From Octopus sinensis (lineage: Eukaryota), in assembly GCF_006345805.1 (NCBI RefSeq), contig NW_021835343.1, forward strand, positions 1-50,412: a stretch of 50,412 nucleotides of DNA, given 5' to 3'. The notes under the pieces were generated by a model. It saw nothing but the letters and a program-made list of their open reading frames with translations. It did not search any database and was not told the origin of the DNA. Of this stretch, positions 11,401-25,164 are shown piece after piece (within the stretch, counting starts at the first letter, position 1; every line of letters begins with the position of its first letter). Made by a program: the position numbers and the translations under genes.

Positions 11401-13215
11401 TGTTCTTTATTAGCCACACAGGGCTGCACACAGATAGAACAAATTACAAGGTAGAGCTTTTCTTTGAAGGTTTAAAAAAAAAAAAAAAAAAAAAAAAAGG
11501 AAGGGGGAGTTTCGATCAAAAGGGATCGTAAAAGGAGAGAAAGAGGACAAAAAAAGGGGGGTTAGGGGGGTTAAAAAAAAAAAAAAAAAAAGGGGGAGAG
11601 GAAAAAAATTGATCAATAGGGATCGTTATCACAGAAAATGTCAATATGAAGTGTAAAGGGAGGACAGGTGAGGTTTACCCGTGGAAAGAAAAGCCTACGG
11701 AAAAAGACCACGGTAACCTCGGTCAATGAAGTCACATTTTATATTTTTTTTTTTTTTTTTTTTTTTTGCAAAATAAGCACCTCTCTGTTTTCGATTTCTG
11801 GGTTCATAGGACTATGCTCAAGGTGGCTTCGTCATTCATACGTGCCATTCTTGCTACATTCACCCCTCTTTTTTTAAAACATTCGCTAGACAAACTTGCC
11901 TCTCTACTCTCACTTTCCTTTCAAGTGGTACTTGAAGAAGTTGATGAGAGATTGACCAGAGAGGAAAGTGTTTGTCTCCAATCCTTTCAGACGCGTCCAC
12001 CAGATACATTCTTTCGCCATAGCCACAAGGATGATGAAAATAGCTCTTCCTTCCCGTTTGAAGGAAGGAGGCGTGACAATATGACGATAGACTCAGCTGA
12101 TAAACCGACTCGTCCCCACGTGACAGCAGTTGTTCGACATAAGCCCACAGGTCGGAAATGTTGGACACTGAACGAGTGCGTGCAGAACGGTTTCGTCGCT
12201 CTGACCGCATCTCGGGCAGGTCGGCCCCGTGTTTCTCAAGCCGTGTCTGAGAGCTTATCCCGAACGGGTAGCGCTTCTCGGTAGCACTGCCAGGCCAGGG
12301 GATCTCTGGAAGTTGTCCATGGGCCCTGGCCCGAAAGTCGTCCGAACAGGCGGGTCAGGTACTCCTCGTCGACGTCCAGGTTCGCCCCGAGCTCGTCGTC
12401 GTACCTCCCCTCCACTAAACCCCTATAGAATGCTTTGTTTGTGTTGAAGTCACTTAAGGTCGACCCAGGACGGCAGAGTTGCTTGAGAGCAACGCGACAC
12501 TCGCGGTGCCATTCGCCCTTCCTCGGCTCTTTTTGATCCACGACTGCAGTTCGGTCATGGAGACGAGCTGCGGGAAAGCGTGCCTCACAAACGGCGACCA
12601 CACCTGTTCACCGTCGTCTACATAGAGCCAGAGATGTCGCAGTCTCAGCGCGTGTCTGCGCATCATCAACCACGGCATGCCCAGCCCTCCTTTTAACGGG
12701 TGTTGACAGCAAATGGATCGCCTGACCATCGGGACGCATCCTTTCCACAAGAAGCGAAAGAGGATGCTTTGTAGTTTGGTGATGGTAGGGTCGGACAAGG
12801 TACGACGGTCAGGCGGTAGTAGATGACGGACGCGATGTACGTGTTCGCCACCTCCGCTCGACCTTTTAGGGACAGTTTCTCTCGGCCCATTGCCGGGCGA
12901 GAGTGACCACCCTACTCGTTATCTCGTTCCAGTTCTTCTCCACTTGGAGGTCCGGACCGAACCAGACCCCGAGCAACTCAACCGGGCCGTCGGTCCAGCG
13001 TCCCACGACGGAGGGCGCTGGTGGACGGCATGGGCTTGCTTCTCCAGGTGCCTAGTCGCAAGCCCACTGACTTTTCCGGTTGATTTTCGCTCCTGTCACC
13101 GCTTCGTAGTTTTTCAGTGTCTCGCCGACCAGCTCGATGTGCTCGTGGCTAGACACTATGACGGTGACGTCGTCCGCGTATGCAGACACGCTCGTCCCGC
13201 ATCCCAATTCTCGCG
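11401..13215 (-). mobile_element. 5'-truncated Tx1/L1-clade non-LTR retrotransposon (RT C-terminal part, Cys-rich domain, 3' UTR)
   Basis: Minus strand: [63 protein letters not shown]; stop at about 11804; 3' UTR ends in AATAAAGAACA; a few frameshifts. Confidence 0.93.
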
Positions 13216-13312
<97 letters not shown>

Positions 13313-13317
13313 CAGAC

Positions 13318-13355
<38 letters not shown>

Positions 13356-13385
13356 TTAGATAGATAGATAGATAGATAGATAGAT

Positions 13386-13433
<48 letters not shown>

Positions 13434-13438
13434 CAGAC

Positions 13439-13492
<54 letters not shown>

Positions 13493-13493
13493 T

Positions 13494-13536
<43 letters not shown>

Positions 13537-13570
13537 GAAGGTAAGTAGGTAGGTAGGTAGGTAGGTAGGT
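13216..13570. repeat. (TAGA)n array grading into (TAGG)n, right flank of the LINE
   Basis: Seen directly. Confidence 0.97.
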
Positions 13571-13649
13571 AAGTACATAGGTAGATGGACAGATGGAAAG
13601 TTATGTTGAAAGATATATAAAGATAAGACTTATATACATATATATACAT

Positions 13650-13681
<32 letters not shown>

Positions 13682-13799
13682 TATATATATATATATATTA
13701 TATATATACACTACATACATATACACTACATACATATACATTTAAACAACATAAATACGTTGTTCACAGACACACAATACACACAATACACACACATAT

Positions 13800-13960
13800 A
13801 TATGTTTAAATTCCACCAACCAAATTCCAGTCTAAAATTGCTGAGGTACAGTATATGTACAAAGCTATAATTGATGGTATTTTGGATGATGGTTCATTGT
13901 TTGATCAAAGCTGGAACCATATGGTTGCATAGCTACTTTTACAAGAACACAGCCAAACCG
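13800..13960 (-). pseudogene. Decayed CTLD C-terminal fragment
   Basis: Manual reading IWFQL*SNNEPSS (W..NEP, with TGA in place of TGG), then YC and TGIW. Confidence 0.45.
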
Positions 13961-14053
13961 ACGCCAATCTAAATACATGCCTACATAGATATTTATATAT
14001 ATACATACCTACCCACCTACGTACATATATACATATGTATATATGTGTGTGTT

Positions 14054-14094
<41 letters not shown>

Positions 14095-14244
14095 TTGTGT
14101 GTGTGTGTGCGTGTGTGTGTATGTGCATTTGTGTATGTGTCTGGTGATCAAACGCTGCTCAGGAACGAATCGGTTTTAACTTTAAGCATTTTGAGAAATT
14201 TTAAATTTCATTAAATAATAATGAGCATGTATATCTATTTTTAT

Positions 14245-14490
14245 GGAGGCGCGTGCCTTGGTGGTTTGGGTGTCAGCATCATGATCATAAGATTGTAGTT
14301 TCGATTCCTGGACCGAGCGACGCGTTGTGTTCTTGAGCAAAACACTTCATTTCACGTTGCTCCAGTCCACTCAGCTGGCAAAAATGAGTAACGCTGCAAT
14401 GGACTGGTGTCCCATCCAGCTGGGAAACACATACGCCATTGAAACCAGGAAACCGGGCCAATGAGCCTGGTTAGGATTTAAAAGGGCGCA
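14245..14490 (+). mobile_element. SINE family D (tRNA-like head)
   Basis: A/B-box-like ggtggtttgg..gtttcgattcc; body gtgttcttgagcaaaacacttcatttcacgttgctcc; 3' half resembles the tail of the 44141-44477 SINE. Confidence 0.8.
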
Positions 14491-14604
14491 AAGAAAGAGA
14501 TATCTATCTATACAAATGTTACTTTCCATATCCATAAGATAAGACTAGCACTATTTCGTTTTCCATATGGACTCGTCAGCACGACATAACTAATTTTTTA
14601 AAAT

Positions 14605-14775
14605 TCTTCTTCTTCTTCTTCTTCTTCTTCTTCTTCTTCTTCTTCTTTTCTTCTTCTTCTTCTTCTTTTCTTCTTTTTCTTCTTTTTCTTCTTTTTATTC
14701 TTCTTCTTCTTCTTCTTCTTCTTTTCCTTCTTCTTCTTCTTCTTCTTCTTCTTCTTCTTCTTCTTCTTCTTCTTC
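14605..14775. repeat. (TTC)n microsatellite
   Basis: Seen directly. Confidence 0.97.
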
Positions 14776-14899
14776 CAATCGTAGAGAAAAGATGTAAAGT
14801 AAGTGTTAAAATTACTAGATTTATATACATATATATACATATATATAGTTTTAAAATCTCCCTCAGAGAACAATGTAGTTGTTGTACTAACAGATAACG

Positions 14900-15047
14900 T
14901 TCATAGCCACTTAACATGGTTGTCCGCTCGAAAGGATTTTACTGCGATTTTTTAACCCAAGAAAAGAAGAGAAGAGATGTCCTCCTGTGGTTAAAAAATT
15001 GCAGTAAAGTCCGTTCGAACGGACAGTCTAGTTGAAGTGGCTACGAA
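14900..15047. mobile_element. MITE-like inverted repeat element
   Basis: About 58-bp imperfect arms (14900-14957 and 14988-15047) around a 30-bp spacer. Confidence 0.75.
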
Positions 15048-15090
15048 TATTACTTATTTATATATACATAAACTTATGCATCTATATATG

Positions 15091-15173
<83 letters not shown>

Positions 15174-15489
15174 CATACATATTATATATATAGTGTGTGT
15201 GTGTGTGTGTGTATGTGTGTATGTGTGTGTGTGTATGTATACATTCGCCATGCTGGACCGCAGAAATCTACAATTTTTTTCATTCTCATTTTTCAGCGCT
15301 TTCTTTCGTTGTCGGATTTATGAAAAATTATAAATAATTTTCAGAGGTTTTGAGAAGGTAGGGGAGCTCAAGATGCAAAATGTGGTCAATATATGAAATG
15401 TGGGGAAAAAAAAGTTATTCGGCAGAAAATAAGATAGATAAAACCGTTGAAGTGTTATAAGGAAAGAAATCAAAGTGTCATATATTTTT

Positions 15490-15551
<62 letters not shown>

Positions 15552-15561
15552 GTATATATAT

Positions 15562-15597
<36 letters not shown>

Positions 15598-15979
15598 GAT
15601 AGATAGATAGATAGATAGGTAGATAGATGATAGATAGATAGAAGATAGATAGATAGATATAGATAGTCTTCTTTGCTTATCAAAGAGGTTAGAGCGGCAT
15701 TCGAGGAAGATATTCAGCAATTTCTAGCAAAACTTTTAACCACGTGCAGGCTCTCATTTTTGCTCCGAACAATTTCCTCTTTTTCTTTTACTTCGTTCTT
15801 TCGATCTATCTTTTCATTTCCCTTAATCTTAATCTATATTTCTTTCTCCCTATCTTTGAGCTACCCTCTCTCTTTCTCTACCTCACTTCCTCTCATTGAC
15901 CAGCAATAGTTAACATAATTGCTTGCTTTCTATCTAGGCGGACTGACAAGCACACTCTCATTCTAAAATCTGACATTTA

Positions 15980-16200
15980 TTATAGTTTAGTTGTCATTTC
16001 ATTCAAACACTTAGTCCCAATATTAATATAATTTTGATTCTGTTTGGAGAAAGAAGTACCGTAATCTAGACGTGAGAGATCTTCAAATATAACACAGGTG
16101 TATATATATGTTAAATAACCAGCTGCAAACGTTTCTGCTTCAAAAATATTTCCTGAAACCAATTTGCATCAGATATATTCTGTATCATTTAAGAGTAGTC
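15980..16200 (-). pseudogene. Decayed CTLD fragment
   Basis: ANWFQE followed, after a frameshift, by YTCVIF (track ORF 15980-16162). Confidence 0.35.
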
Positions 16201-16617
16201 CTTATATTAGATATATCACTTATACGTCCGTGACAATATATTTGCTCCGTAATTGCATTGTAAATATGAATTGGCATTAAATAAATTCCACATATCGTAT
16301 AGAGACGTTCTTTATTGTGGTTTGATAAAGTAATGTGAATATATTATGTTTTAGATACCGTGTAGGAAATAACAGGGCGCTGAATTGATATGATACGATT
16401 GTTAGAGCATGTTTCAAAATGGCTGCGATACATAGTTACGGATATTTACATTCTAAGTTCAGAATCTACCAAGAGAAGTTGTGTCTTTCATAACTTCTGA
16501 AGGCGGATAAAATAAATTATCTATTAAGCGTTTGAGTTCTTACGCATTCACATAAAGCATTCTAGATGCGAATGGAATTAAAATAGGTGTTTGAATTAAT
16601 ACAAGAATCCTAGGAAC

Positions 16618-17005
16618 AGGCATGACTGGGTGGCTAATAAGCTCGCTTTGAAAACCCGCTGTTTCGGATTCAGTTCCACTCCGCGGCACCTTGGGCAAGT
16701 GTTTTCTACTATAGCCCGGGCCGACCAATGCTATGTAAGTGTATTTAGAAGATGGAAACTGTATGGAAGTTCGTCGTATATGTGTGGTAAGTGTGCCTAT
16801 CTTTCTCTTTGTATTTCTTCTCACCTTTGCTTGATAACTGGTATTCGTTTGTTTTCGTCCCCGTAACTTAGAGTTACAGCAAAACAACCCGATTTTGTAG
16901 GTACCAAGCTTAAAAATAAATATTGGAGGGATATGCTCGACTGAACTCTTTCAATGTGGTGTTGCAGCATAGCCTTCGTCTAATGACTAAAACAGTAAAA
17001 TATTT
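16618..17005 (+). mobile_element. SINE family B (diverged copy)
   Basis: cggcaccttgggcaagtgttttctactatagcccgggccgacc core and gtccccgtaacttag block shared with the other family B copies. Confidence 0.85.
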
Positions 17006-17364
17006 CATATTTGTTTAAGATTTACAGCTGCCTGCTGGAGCCTAGCGGCAGGTATTTTAAGGGAAAAATTTGACAAATTAGTCAGTCATCGACTGACATT
17101 CGCTAACGACACATCGAGGAGGCCAAGGAACAGAAGAAAAAAGAAGAAAGAAGACATGCACCCAACACCAGAGCTGAAGACACCTCCGAAAGTGGAGGGC
17201 ACGCCATGTCAAAACGTTAGAGGAGTAGGGGCCTCCTGATGATGTCTTGATCTAACTGGATCCTATAAAGGAGCTGTTGTAGTAGCAGACCACGAAACAC
17301 GGTTGTAATTCCTATTAATTAACACTTCTTTAACGCCACCGTCGTTTTTTCCTTCACCTCTTCC

Positions 17365-18022
17365 ACGTTTGCAAATTCCGTAGCACCAGCTTTCGTCACC
17401 AAAGATGACTTTAGAAAAAAGGTCCGGATCAACTTCCAACTCTTCTTTCAGTTCACGACACGCATTCAGTCGAGACTGCTTGTGATATTCCGTGAGAAAA
17501 CGTGAGAAAATTCGTTGGTAGGAGTTCCAAGACACAACGGTCATATCAACAAGTTCGTCAATTGTTCAGTGACGGTTCATATTCAAGATCAGTTCATAAA
17601 TTTTTATGATGCTTTCATTCGTTCGGGGGTCGACGGTCGCTCTGAACGAGATTGGACCTCAAGCGACAATGACCATTCATAAAGCGTGAAAACCACTCGT
17701 AAACTTATATTTTGTTCATAGCAACATCCTTGTAAGCTGTCTGAAGCATGATAACTGTTTCGGCTGCCGTTTTCCTCAGCAGAAAACAGAATTTCACAGA
17801 AGCACGGTGCTTCTTTATTTCAGAAATCGCAAAACTCGACGAGTAGGGGGAAAATTCTATAAAACAAAGACGCACGACGTGGCTGTAGAACTTCGTGGAA
17901 AAACGCCGTTCGGCAGACTGATTTCTAAAGATCGCATCAAGTGGTTTCTAGCGGCGGAAGCCCGAACTGCAACGGGCTTGTTCCACAGAGAACGTTTCCG
18001 GTTACTTTTAGGTCCCTCCTTG
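17365..18022 (-). mobile_element. Truncated mariner remnant (5' TIR plus N-terminal and catalytic part)
   Basis: TIR-like rc tacaaggagggacctaaaagtaaccggaa at about 18024; translation RLNACRELKEELEVDPDLFSKVIFGDESW (GDE motif, first catalytic Asp). Confidence 0.85.
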
Positions 18023-18784
18023 TATTTTCTAAATAATCTATATTGCGCTGTATTATCCATGAAGCTCTGTTTAGCACAAGCTGACGAAACTGGACCCCAC
18101 ACCAATATATCACTTGAGTCGCAGTGGAGGTCTTTCTCTTTCCCTAGCGTGTATAGGGGACAGTTAAACTACATAGAGCCCCTTATCACCAGTTCTAATC
18201 TAAAAACTTTTTTGAATTTATTACTGATTTTCCTAATTGAAAGATAAGAACAAAAACAAAATATAAAATTTTTACTCTCGAGTGAGCTATGATCTGATAG
18301 CTTGCATTTCGTTTGTGTTAATTCTTTTAGGTGTAAATGAAATTGGTAGCTGACGTAGAGACCGCCTCGCCCCACCCTATACCATTTAACGCTCACAGAA
18401 CATCCAGTAACACCTAGAGACAGCACAGGGCTTCAGCTGCACTAGACTGTAAGACTATATGTATAGACTGATATACATTAACACTTTGGAATGGACTATA
18501 TCTAACCGTGCTAAGTTTATGACTCTCAATGTAGCGCAGGTGTCCATACTGAAGTACTGATCACGTGTATGGACCTTAGCTATTGTTGCTACATTCACGA
18601 ACATACATAGAGAGCATGTAAATGTTAGACATTTCAATGAGCAATAACTAAATTGCATGAGTAACTTCCAAGCTGTTTGTTAAGAATTTTGTTTCCCAAC
18701 CACATGGCTCTAGGCTCAGTTCCACTGCGTGGTACCTCGGTCAATTATCTTCTAATATAGCTTCGGACCAATCAAAGAATTGTT

Positions 18785-19015
18785 ATTTCTTTATTGCCCA
18801 AAAGGGGCTAAACATAGAGGGGACAAACAAGGACAGACAAGGGGATTAAGTCGTTTACATCGACCCCAGTGCGTAACTGGTACTTAATTTATCGACCCCG
18901 TAAGTATGAAAGGCAAAGTCGACCTCAGCGGAAATTGAACTCAGAACGTAGCAGCAGATGAAATACCGCTAAGCATTTTGCCCGGCGTGCTAACGTTTCT
19001 GCCAGCTCGCCGCCT
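18785..19015 (-). mobile_element. SINE family A, complete young-type unit
   Basis: Closely similar to 1513-1746. Confidence 0.92.
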
Positions 19016-19039
19016 ATGAATTGTGAGTGGTCGGAAACT

Positions 19040-19292
19040 AAAACAGGCTCATCACATATACATGTGTGTGTATAAGTGTGTGTGTGTGTGCGCGTGTGCA
19101 CGTGGATTCGTGTGTGTGTGCGTGTGTGTTTGTCCACCCCAATATCTCTTGACAACCGGCAGCAAAAGAGACCGGCAGTATGATTACCAGGTTCCAAGAA
19201 AAACTCCTGCAATCTATTCGTTTCACTAAAATGTCTTAAGGCGCTGCCCCAGCATGGCCGCAATCTAATGCCCGAAACTGATAAAAGTTAAA
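19040..19292 (+). mobile_element. SINE family B 3' half (a 5' fragment lies at about 18690-18775)
   Basis: ttgacaaccgg..caaaagagaccg..ccccagcatggccgcaatctaatg tail. Confidence 0.75.
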
Positions 19293-19299
19293 TTTAAGA

Positions 19300-20114
19300 A
19301 AATGGTAAGGTCGATCACCACTATCAGTATAGATATTTTTCATATTATTCTTATACTCAAATCTAACAACGGTTGGGGTTTATACGAAAATGATGAGTAC
19401 ATATATTCAATTGTACAACGGTGATATCTACTACATAGAATCTGGGTGTCTTTGTGCAAAGGATTTAATTCAAATAACCGCGAATCGCATCGCCGACGGG
19501 AAGAGATCTCCATGTTGTTTCATGCACACTAAAGCCGTGTCGCATTATAAGAAATATTTTGCTATAAGAGTGTACTCAGGCGAGAACGTCACAGAATTTC
19601 GGATTCCTACTCATTCTACAGAATATAATTTATATGATATACGTTTCCATGAGAAATTCATTCGAGAATATCGCAAAGTTTACATTTCCCTTAATTCTAT
19701 AGTTCAACTGCGAAAACGGTAACCAATATTTTGACACGATTAACGTGACCTAATAATGCCCATCGTTACGCAAAGTTAACATGCGGAGTATCAAAGAGAG
19801 ATGCTGGCATTAAAACAAGGTGGCATCCGTAGCATACAGGCTTTCGTATTAGAGAGGTGGATCGGAGCAATCACATGGAATCTGAAATAGCATTTGGCCC
19901 CAGGAATTATCTCTGCAAAATAAGCAAGCTTCAAAATGTTTAAACACAGTTCTACACTTAATTAATATATAAATGTATGTGTATGTGTGTATAAGTGTGA
20001 GTGTGTAGCGTGCTATGTATTTGTGAGTTTTTGTGTGTGCGTGTATATATATATACATGCATCATATATATATATATATATATATACATATATTACATAT
20101 TATACATGTGTGTA

Positions 20115-20187
<73 letters not shown>

Positions 20188-20409
20188 TATGTATGTATAT
20201 GTACAAATACACATAAACGCATTCATATGTATGTATATATGGGCGTGAGTATAGAGAGATAGATAGCTAGGTAGCTTTTTATTGAAACTTAAGCTGTGTC
20301 TCGACAATCGAGTTTCACGCCACAGCGGTTTCGGGCCACGTTATGTGTGTCTTTACACACACACTCACACACATATACATACATATAGAAAAACATATAT
20401 GCATATGCT

Positions 20410-20471
<62 letters not shown>

Positions 20472-20720
20472 CGCACACACGAATGCACATACATGCACGT
20501 ACGTGGAAACTTGTGCAAACCACCAACCGAATTTGAAAAACTTATACGATGCATATCCATAGTCATCGTAGATCTGTATAACCCGTACAACATTAAGCTG
20601 CATGTGTATTTTACTTTGAAACAATTAACTTACTTCCAGTCCATTGCTGGAACACCAGTAGATTTACCTGGTAAAACTATATACTGTAATTGTTCAGTAG
20701 GTCAACATGAAGTAAGCGGG
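19300..20720 (-). pseudogene. Decayed tandem CTLDs split by TA/TG microsatellites
   Basis: DWK*VNCFKVKYTC (20645-20600) is followed directly by YGYASYKFFKFGWWFAQVS (track ORF 20289-20624). CRDNSWG-KCYF..KACMLR-ATLF..KYWLPF at 19930-19700. Confidence 0.65.
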
Positions 20721-20809
20721 CATATTTACTTGGGCGATATAAACGTGCATGCATATGTATATATATATATATTATATATATATAATATATATATATAATA
20801 TATGTATGA

Positions 20810-20863
<54 letters not shown>

Positions 20864-21229
20864 GCGCACAAACATTCGTATGTGAGCGCGTAGATGTATG
20901 TTAGTATTTTAGTACGTATAAAAAGAAAAGAGGGCTTTGTTGCAGAGAGAGTAAGAAATATGATAGATAATTAGTTTGGGAGACAGAAAATCATTTAGAT
21001 ATGTATGTACGTGTGTTTGCGTGCGTGTGTGTGCCTGCGTGTGTGTATATGCATTTCATTTACAGTTAAAGTAAGTTTAACAAAACCCCGTGAGAGATAG
21101 ATATAATTTAATGTACACCGTTATTAAAACCTACCTAGAAACCATCTCCAATATATGACACTATTAGGAGCTCATCAATATATAATGTGTAAATAAAACA
21201 TTATATGTACCTGTGTCAGTTTGCTTTCG

Positions 21230-23960
21230 AGCGCTACTGGTAACATGTAACCCATTAAAACCTGTTGCATGTTGGGATCCTCAGCGACTAAACCGGCAGT
21301 CCCATCGAGCTCCTTTTATGACGGGAGAGGTTTTCTGGACACCCTGCGGTATGAAAATCAAATCATATCAAAGAGGAGAGGAACTAATATGAGTCAACGA
21401 CCTGTCCAATTGTGTATATATATGTGCATGCACTCTGCACCTAGAAAACTGGGAAAGGTCTAAAACATGTACCCTAAACCACTTCCTAATCTGCTCTCAA
21501 GGTGGTCAGCAACCTTCAGCTGAGGGCTGTTCAAAACAGCAGGAGAAACACAAAGCGAAAACATGACAGCAAAAAATACAGACTAAGGGTGGGTACATGA
21601 GGTCAGAACACATCTTACTCACGAAGGGTCGAGTATCCCTAAACGGTGAAATGGCATAATAGCGAAGAATTTGACTCGGTACAATATTTATATTGCTGAA
21701 CTCTAAAAAATCTGGGTTGAGTGACGAAGATTAATTGGTGATGGATAACATTGTGGAAGGATAAACGAAAAGGTGAAAAATGAGAAGGGGTGCTGAATTT
21801 GTCATTCGTACAGAGTTTCCTCACAAACAAGGAAAACTTCATAATTTCAGTGACAGATTGCAGCATTTTGAGTTGCTTACCTAAGCAACTATTTTATGAT
21901 TTATTTCTGTTTATGCTCCCATCTTCACAGTAGCAGTGAATTTTTCATGGCTTTCTATCGAGATCTTAGATCAGTTATAAAAATGATTCTAAACGGAGAT
22001 CTGATCCTCTTCCTTAGTGATATTCAACGCTCGTATTGGATGTAATCACGAAATCTGGGATGAACTAGGGAAGCACGTTCTTGGAAAGATGAACAATGAT
22101 GGTCTTCGCCTTTTTCAGTTTGCATTGAACTCGTAAACTGTTACAGCGTCTTTGTCAGTAGGATGTTTAGAAATTTACTTGAACACCCCAAGCTCCAAAT
22201 GTAAACATATTTCCGACTGCCTTATCACCACGAAGGACTGTCGGCACTGCCTGAGTCATGCTGGATGCGCAATGTGGAACGGACCATAATTTCATACGTG
22301 GTTAATTGAAGTTCTGCATCATACGCAAAATAATATCTTGAGGAACCAGAGTCCCTAAACGTAATGATGAACTGAATTTAAAGGTCTCTACTGTGCGTGA
22401 GAATCTTCAAAATGCTACTGAGGAAGTCGAATTTGACGGAATTTCGCGTCAGTTTAAAACCGTTGGGTATAATGTCGGCTTTGGGGTTCTTGGTCTCAAA
22501 TATAGAAATTAACGGGGGTGGTGTAATGAAAATGACCTGCAAATCACTAAAGTTCTCGAAGATAAAACATATTGCACCAAAAATATTTCAATGCATCAGG
22601 TAAAGATAAAAACGGAGTTAAAGAAGGAGATGCCTCTGTCACAGCAGTTCCTCCCGTTTATTTTCCCGTAACAGTCTTGTACGCTTTCCAGGACTGCGGT
22701 AGCGACGTCTACATTCACTTCAGAACTGATAAGGCCTTTGATGTAACGTGCTTCACTCTTTCCAGGACCGTGTTCTTATGTGGGCAACGGATCACTTCCT
22801 GGAGCATGCAGCTTTTTGGACTGAAGAAGGTAAACGTTCCCTCAGCCTCTAGGCCAGAACTATGTCGAAACTAACATCGTCCAGGATAAAAGATTTGATG
22901 TGGTCGATTTTTCGTCTACTTTAGCTGGACTATCTGTAAAGATGGCTCTCTTCATTCTGAAATAAATTTGAGGATGAAAAAACCGACAAGCCTTTTGGAA
23001 GAATCGAAAATCGTGAATGATCTGATACATATATCACCATCAAAGCCAAGCTCACTCTATAAAACATGAGTCTTAATTGCCCTTTTATACTCCACTGAGA
23101 TTTGAGTTAAATGTCATCACATAAAGCCTTTGGAAATTTCCTATCAAAACTTGCCTTAGGAGGATCTTAAACATCGAACGGCTGTCTCTAACACCGTCAT
23201 TATTAAGCAAGCCAACACTGAATATTGAAATGGTTCTCATACACAGTAAAATGCGCCTAGGATACAAGATTGGAGGGGATCGATTCATTCGTCTAACTTG
23301 ATAGCATTATCTGTAAAGGATGGATTTCTTGATTCTGAAATAAATTTAAGGATCGGAAAAACTGGCAAGGATTTTGGAAGGCTCGAAACTCGTGTATGAT
23401 CTGATATATGTATCATCATCAAAACCAGTCATGTGTCTTAATTGCCAATTTATACTCTACTGAGTTTTGAACTAAATGTCGTCTCATAAGCCTTTTGGAA
23501 AATTCCCATTAAACTCGCCATAGCAGGATCATAAACATTGAATAGCTCATTCTAACATCATTATTCTTAAGCAAACCAACACATCGAGTATTGAAATACT
23601 TCTCATATAGTGAAATGCGTTGGGTCGGGTATTTTACTAGAATGCAGATGGTAAGTTACCTAAGCAGTTGTTTTACGTGGAATTACAATGTGGTAATCGT
23701 GCGAAACATAAACCTAAGAAACGGTTTTAGGGACAATATCAAAAGCCACCATAAGATTCTTAATGTGAATGTCGAAAACTGGGAGTAGTTGATGGAAAAT
23801 TGGTTGGTATGGAAAAAAACTGATCTTAGATGGTTGCAAAGCAATGAGAACAAGGAGAATCGAGCAATCTAACTTAATGCGAGACACTTTTCTGCAGGAA
23901 AATATATTTAACATCTGTAGTAGGGTCTGTTCGTCCAGATCAGTTATTGCTTGTCAAATG
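21230..23960 (+). mobile_element. Decayed near full-length RTE-clade LINE (endonuclease plus partial RT)
   Basis: Degenerate motifs RLRVGT, LTRYNIYIA, ISVYAP, (D)FNARIG..LGKH..GKMNNDG, GWCNEND, NGVKEG, RTDK, RLPKQLF, KR..D. RT N-terminal half is missing; many stops. Confidence 0.88.
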
Positions 23961-24124
23961 AGATATCATGATGACATTTACTAATTGAAGAGATGGCCTT
24001 CTTCTGTAAAGAAGTAGCTATCACTATGGACGTGAGTGTGTGTGAGTCTGTATGTATGTGTGTGTGCGCATAGATAAACACACATATGTACAAATTTACT
24101 TATACATTTGTATATATATGTATG

Positions 24125-24189
<65 letters not shown>

Positions 24190-24584
24190 TTATACATGCT
24201 TGTGTGTATGATATGCGTTTGCGTATGACCAAAAACTAAATACCTTGTTCGACAGTCTAAGATAAGATACGTGAGGTTGTTGACTAATTTCTGTGTGGTC
24301 CACAGATAAGGTATGAATCACATAAAAAGCGAAGTGACAATAAGAATAACAAAAACAACTACCATAATAAAAAAATTACAACTACAACAACAATAGTAAC
24401 TCAAGAAAAGCTACTACTACTACTACCACTGCTGCTGCTGCTGCTGCTGCTGCTACAATATCGGCTAGAACTATCTATCAAATGTGATGTTACACCTTGA
24501 AGTCATAAAACGTAAAAAGCTATTTAGTTGAGAAACCAGCTTTTATTCTGTCCTATACAAACTTGTATGTGTGTGTGTGTGTGC

Positions 24585-24618
<34 letters not shown>

Positions 24619-24958
24619 ATGGGCGTGTGTATTTGTGTATGTGCCTGTCTGTGTGTGCCTATGTGTGTTTGTGTCCATGCGTCAATGAAACTATGAATTT
24701 GTATATTTAGGAGAATTTGAGCGCATATAAATGTATACACATGTGTGCGAGCCTCTGCGTGTGTGTGTGTGTGTGTGTGCGTTTGCATACCTTTGTGTAT
24801 TTACATGCAGAACGGTGCTTACTATATAAATGAATATGTGTATATATACATATGTATATGCATGCCTATATATATACACATGTATATATATATGTATGCC
24901 TATACATATATATACGTATATATATATATATATATGTATACATATGCATATATATACA

Positions 24959-25009
<51 letters not shown>

Positions 25010-25113
25010 TGTATATACACACACACGCAATCATACACTGCGAAACACCTGCCCGCGTATCTTTGAGTTTAAATTTGTGTAGGACTCCGTGTATACAGTA
25101 GTGTGTATGTGTG

Positions 25114-25164
<51 letters not shown>

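Noticed and set aside
13850-13935. FKBP-like GILDDGSLFDQSW on the plus strand
   Set aside because: Spacing is wrong, it ends at a stop, and it is antisense to a CTLD remnant.
15673-15790. Helical-looking peptide IKEVRAAFEEDIQQFLAKLL as an exon
   Set aside because: No recognisable family, weak donor site, and it runs into low-complexity sequence.
18435-18450. 13-mer inverted match (agtctagtgcagc) to about 38681
   Set aside because: Isolated match, expected by chance in this much sequence.
20634-20667. 34-nt minus-strand micro-exon (ttttaccag|..|gtaagt; GKSTGVPAMDW)
   Set aside because: The reading continues through the donor as W K * V N C..Y T C, a CTLD end; no partner exons found.
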